A stretch of DNA of 63,086 nt, filler included, from Olpidium bornovanus S191 (lineage: Eukaryota > Fungi > Olpidiomycota): assembly GCA_017911155.1 (NCBI GenBank). It is 31 parts of 31 records of this genome, joined end to end, with 100 filler letters (N's around TTAATTAATTAA, not from the genome) between each part and the next. Parts side by side here need not be neighbours in the genome. Positions count along the whole stretch, not along the records: positions 56,452 to 59,837 come from JAEFCI010004700.1; positions 59,938 to 61,340 come from JAEFCI010012385.1; positions 61,441 to 63,086 come from JAEFCI010007640.1; 28 more parts are not named here. One strand, written 5' to 3'. The notes beneath the pieces were generated by a model. That model worked only from the letters and a program-made list of their open reading frames with translations. It was not told where the DNA came from and made no database searches. The translations under genes were made by a program, and so were the position numbers. Of the stretch, positions 58,246 to 63,086 are shown in pieces; the first letter of the stretch is position 1, and each line of letters starts with the position of its first letter.

Positions 58246-58595
58246 AAACCTCCACAGGCAGCGGCAATCCAAAAAAGAACTATTTAGTATTTGAAGCATC
58301 GCCTGATTTACAGCTCGGGTGGGCAGATGAACTGAGATTTCAAGGAAGACGAAAACTGGCTTCAGATGGCGCGGAGAGCTATTGACGGTTGGATATTGTG
58401 ACGGCGGGAAGGGGAAGGGGGCTTTGTACCCATCAGATCCAGAATCAACATGCGCGAAGGAAGCATGTGAGAGATCCCTTAAGAACCGGACCTTGTCGTG
58501 TCTCTGAATAATTTACCCTCGGACCGGGTCGGCCAGGTCTAATCTATAATTTGCCCATCTAAAAAACAGATGGCGTGGACTGCTTCTACGGGCGA

Positions 58596-59740
58596 CTAAG
58601 CGTTGTCACCAAGCATCTCCCTGGCAAGTCTATCGACGACCGCGGCGGTGAGCTCGCCGGCGGTAATATTGGGCGCCTTCCAGTACCGGCGGGGCACGCG
58701 GTCGCGGCGGTACGCGATGAATTCCTGCACTTCCTGAAGCAGGTCCTCCGCGGCAAGCGGATTTCGGCGAACGACGCCCTCGACGTCCTCTGCCAACCGC
58801 TCGAACAACTCGAGCGCCGGCTTCGAGGTCGCGTCTTCGTTGAACGGCTTGCACAGGTACCGGATGATCCAGTCGATCATTTTGAAAAGGTGGCCCCGCG
58901 GGCACACTTTGACGAAGTGGTGTGCGAACTGGAAGATGCGGCCCGCAACGCGCTCCCGCAGGCACATCTCGATCGACTTGATGATATTTTCCGACGGATC
59001 ATCATCGCGTTCAACCGGAGTGGAGCCCTCCTTGACGTCATATGCCGAGACAAACCGGAGAATGTCGTCGATCATCCTAAACGTCTCCGAGACGACGCCC
59101 CCGAAGTCGCCGCCGCGGTAGAGTTCGTGCAACAAAGGTGGGATGCACTAGTTTGAAACATAAAGAGCGGTATTACCACGGCATGCCACAATGCAATAGG
59201 AGTCTCAAACAGGCGGCATAGCACTAACAGTGAAGAACTTTGCCACGGCGGTGCAGAGGTCATCCGAACCTAGGAAGTCCGAGAACTGCTCCTTCTCGGC
59301 CTTCCGAAAGAGAAGCTCGGCGTAGTTGCTGATCGCAATTTTGACGTTCGGAAGGCCAGGGAAGCCCTGATCGAAAATTAGAGCAGGCTCGTTGAACAGC
59401 TTCTGGTCGAACTCGTTTCGCGGGCGCCCGCTCCTCGGAAGAGACGCTGCAACCGCGGCTTTAACGGCATCCTTGACGCCCGAAACCTTGGATTTTGTCA
59501 AACCGGCTGCGTGAAGCAGGGCATTTATCTCCTTTTCCGCTGCCGACAACTTGTTGACAGTTTTTTCGTAAGCCGAGATAACAAGGCCAAGCTTCTGGAG
59601 TAAAGAGTGGCTGCCACCCCACCCACCGAGGGGGTTCCAAAGGAGGACGCGAATGATTGTGGACACAAAATAAGCGGGATTGATCAGCCGCAAGGAGGCG
59701 GCAAAAACACCAGTAGGGACCAGCTTCCAGGCACGAGTTA
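58596..59740 (-). CDS. probable PX-associated DUF3818 (YPR097W/LEC1-like) protein, C-terminal part
   Basis: LRLINPAYFVSTIIRVLLWNPLGG...SLLQK resembles the remembered L.I.NP..+..+..L.L..P.GG.SLLQ motif. Followed by a helical terminal exon ending at 58596. Confidence 0.5.
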
Positions 59741-60799
59741 CTGTGGCTCTGTAACGGTCATCCGACTGCGACAAAATGGGACAACGAACCGAAATCCGTT
59801 TAGCAAAAAAATGGTCGCAGTAACTACACCTTCATGCNNNNNNNNNNNNNNNNNNNNNNNNNNNNNNNNNNNNNNNNNNNNTTAATTAATTAANNNNNNN
59901 NNNNNNNNNNNNNNNNNNNNNNNNNNNNNNNNNNNNNAAAAAAAAAAAAAAAAAAATAAAATAAAATAAAATAAAATAAAATAAAATAAAAAAAACGAAA
60001 AAACGACGCCGTCAAAAAAAAAAGAGCGCGCATTTCGGGGGCTCATTCGGGATACCGTTTCCGTTGCAAACCTTTTTTTTTGGGCCGGCCCGCGACCTGC
60101 CGCGTGCCGGGGGTAATCTCCACAAACTCGAACACCCAATCTCTCGGAGCATCTTCCCCGTTCCGGGCCGTCTACAGGCCGCGGTACTGCAGCCGTCGGC
60201 GGGGCGCTCGTCAACCACGAGGCACATGACGCGGTCGAACGCGCCGGCCCTTGTTGAGGGGAGCTGAAGCTCAATCGCCTTGAATTTACCTTGCAGACAC
60301 AGCCGACCCGCGTCCAAAATAGAAAAATGATGAGTTATAATGAGAAGACGACCCCCCCGCCAGCGAAATAATGGGCTACAATCTACACGTAGAAGTTCGT
60401 GTATACCGAAAGGAAAAAAAAAATGGGGTGACGCCGGGAACGAAAGGAATTATGTGCATGCTAACGGGGCCGGGGGGGCTTTGAGTAAAAGCGAAAATCA
60501 TACCGAAAAATTAAAGCCGTCCGGCAGCTTACTAAAAAGTGAAAGGAGGGGAGGAGGACGGGGAAAGACCAGCGTACCCAGATCGTCGTGATCCGTGCAG
60601 AAGGGCATACGGGAGCGGCCAGCAGACGGAGACCGCGAGAGGCGAACAGTGAAAAGTAGATGGAACCTTGCTGCTCTCCCAACAATGGCCCCTCGCGACG
60701 GGCGTCACAGTAAATCCTTCCCCCTTCCACGGCCGCCGCCGATTTCGCCACGGGCTCGGCCGGCGCCAACGCCGTCCTCTCGGCCAATTGAAGGTCTGC

Positions 60800-61340
60800 T
60801 CCCTCAGTTGCCTGCTCTTCGCTGCGCTGTTTCAGGCGGGCCACCGCTTTCTCCGAGTACTCCTTGACAAAATCCTTAATTTTTTTGCGCTTGTCGTCAT
60901 TGAACTCCACTACCGGGCGCTTGTTCCTAATCTCCTTCTCCACCAGAGCCTTTGTGCACTGTAGCAGGATACGTTTAGTCGGGTCGGAAGTAAATCTCTC
61001 GGAAAATGCGGCCGGGGAAGCAAGAAAGACACGCGCAAAAGGTCTGCCAACGACCGCCTGAAATATAAGCGACATCCTGTCCCCTCCGCCGTTACCACCG
61101 ACCAACTTACCTCACTGGCGTGCCTCTTGAACCGCTCAGTTGTTTGTAGTTCGTCGGTGTATCGTGACATAGTCTTGATGACTGTCTCCGCAATCTAAAA
61201 CGCAGAGACTAAGCAACCGCGGGGTGCCTTGCCTTGGCCGCGATCACACAACCGCGCCAAACACTTACCACTTTCTTCAGCCGATTAGCGTCCGATCCGT
61301 CGACCTTAATCACATCAACTTGCTTGTCGGTGCTGCCATG
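60800..61340 (-). CDS. SRI (Set2-Rpb1 interaction) domain protein, probably the SET2 C-terminus; 3' end unresolved
   Basis: Spliced NRLKKV|IAETVIKTMSRYTDELQTTERFKRHASE|CTKALVEKEIRNKRPVVEFNDDKRKKIKDFVKEYSEK. Confidence 0.7.
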
Positions 61341-61440
61341 NNNNNNNNNNNNNNNNNNNNNNNNNNNNNNNNNNNNNNNNNNNNTTAATTAATTAANNNN
61401 NNNNNNNNNNNNNNNNNNNNNNNNNNNNNNNNNNNNNNNN

Positions 61441-62978
61441 AACCGCTTTCGATGCGGGGCAAGCCCTTGTCGTGCTGCTTTCCCGGAAAAACTGCCTCCG
61501 TCGGTTCGGCGGTTCCGTTGAAGCTGGTGCCCAGACATCCGGAGCTCTTCACCAGCTCTTTCACTTTGTTCCACCCGTCTTGGCACTCACTCGCGACGCT
61601 GGCCGCAAAGCTGACGCAGCTTTTGTCGCCGACGTGAACTTCCCCCTCCAGCGTCAAGCCGCCGCATTTCGCCATGCATCCGTGCGTGGCGGTCAGCTCG
61701 CGGAGAAGACTGACGAGCGAAAACTTTTCGACCCTCTCGCTCAAGGCCGTTGTCTGGTACAGCGCCACGTCTCGAACTATCGTTTCCTGTGGAAGCGAGT
61801 ATAACGGCGATGGGAGAGATCTGTTGACTCCAAACCAATCGAGTCCGCGAAATGCCCTTCCCGCCCGCTTCCCCCCACCATGGCTTGAAGCTGAGAGGCC
61901 AAAGCTTTGTACCAGCCCCGAACTTGCGGGCCTACTTCGACGTCGTCCAGGCTGACCAAAGCTCCTCCGATGGCGTGCAGCGGGCTTCGAAGCGTTTGCG
62001 AGACGAAGCTGAGCAAGTCCGCGTTGATCTTTCCGTCGCGCTCGGCGCTCATTTTGGCGAGGCACAGCTCGTGGGCCGAGGCCAATTTAGCCGTAATGTC
62101 CCGAAAGAGTATCACGCACGCGTGCTGCCGCTGCTGCCGCTGCTCGCCGGCGTCTCCGACAAGCTTCTGGCCCCACACGGATTCTGTGGCGCCGGAACAC
62201 GACGACGGCACCACCGCCACGGCGGCCAGGCGCGACGGGGACCGCCGGACGGTCCGCGACCCAGCGCCCCCCGAAGGCCTTCCGCTCGAGGAGCTGTTTC
62301 CGGAGGGTTCTGCGTTGCTGAGCCGCGTGGTTAACCGGCTGACGTTTGCCTCGGCTTGGATCCGGTTTCCATCTCGATTGATGATTATTATGTCCCGCAT
62401 GCCTTCCATCAGGACTGAACTGCTGGTGCCGTTCTGCCAGTAACTCGAGCCCGGGTTCGGAAACTCCTCGGAACCCAGGCTATTTTGCATGACGTTGTCG
62501 GGGATGTCCGAAAAGAAATGTCGGTAGTGGCGTTCGTATAAAGGCACTTCGCCGCAGAAGTCGCGGTAACCGAAGAGGGCGCTTTTTTCGGAGAGGGGGA
62601 GGATTATGCTTTTTGCATTAATAGCAAAGGTCTCTCCGCAACGTGTCCTCGCGGGCGGGAAAAAAGGAAAATACGTATGTTTGCTCACCTGGCTTTTCGA
62701 TTTGCAAACCTGGTGATTCGAAAAAAGTCCTTTCAACGTACCGAAAACATTGGTCCCCGCCACGCTCTGACAGCCACAGCGGCGGTGACTCACTGGATGA
62801 ACCCCTCGTTATCGACTATGACCAGAGCGTCGCCGATCGCCCGGAGAATGGCGGTGGCGTTGACGGCGAGGCTGTTTAGTTTCATCTGGGTCGAGAACAG
62901 CAGATTTTGTTTGTGGAACGCGTCGGCGCGCGCCGCCTCGTACGACTTCGCGATCCACGTGATTCTTGTTCCGCACAC
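61441..62978 (-). CDS. PAS + HisKA-like histidine-kinase-family protein fragment with a substituted H-box
   Basis: PAS start ILRAIGDALVIVDNEGFI, PAC end VILFRDIT, then AKMSAERDGKINADLLSFVSQTLRSPLHAIGG (canonical SHE+RTPL..I.G). Confidence 0.75.
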
Positions 62979-62997
62979 GACCTGTTTTGCGCGTATT

Positions 62998-63075
<78 letters not shown>

Positions 63076-63086
63076 CGCCCGCCCGC

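Larger units (their letters stand above)
1213..61440. other. 30 artificial contig spacers (N44-TTAATTAATTAA-N44) separating 31 contigs
   Basis: Identical 100-bp blocks start at 1213, 3117, 4548, 5731, 7536, 8826, 11648, 13297, 15270, 17065, 18552, 20394, 22726, 24075, 25284, 32145, 33541, 35639, 38338, 39626, 41710, 45535, 46711, 48446, 50585, 52051, 55031, 56352, 59838 and 61341. The core has stops in all six frames. Confidence 0.99.

Noticed and set aside
62997-63086. Poly-C end as a telomere (also poly-G at about 5940-5995 and 10057-10145)
   Set aside because: No periodic telomeric unit; the length is unreliable and may be a sequencing artefact.

Overview
This window is not one continuous locus. 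It is 31 short assembly contigs (about 1.1-6.8 kb) joined by 30 artificial 100-bp spacers (N44-TTAATTAATTAA-N44), so adjacency across spacers means nothing. The DNA is GC-rich, intron-rich and eukaryotic. The genes indicate a fungus: division-2 chitin synthase, homoaconitase LYS4, fungal FAS1 and NST1. An Integrator subunit (INTS6) and a BARD1/BRCA1-type RING gene suggest an early-diverging, non-Dikarya lineage (inference; an Olpidium-like zoosporic fungus is only a guess). About 20 genes or gene fragments are recognisable by motif recall, several only after manual splicing and not visible in the ORF track. The most interesting signals are: (1) Ty1/copia elements with candidate ultra-short LTRs (about 74-81 bp) and a half-tRNAiMet primer site GGTTATGAGCCC seen three times; (2) a plant-Bianca-like copia element whose primer site appears to read the tRNA-Ile(IAU) anticodon arm; (3) a BARD1-like RING gene head-to-head with a UBXN1-like gene; (4) a fungal INTS6; (5) a histidine-kinase-like protein lacking its phospho-His; (6) a 24-bp hairpin-forming minisatellite. 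A technical caveat affects everything: 22 of 60 contig ends lie at CATG, and at least two internal junctions also fall on CATG, so some in-contig neighbourhoods may be chimeric. No database search was run; family assignments come from remembered motifs.
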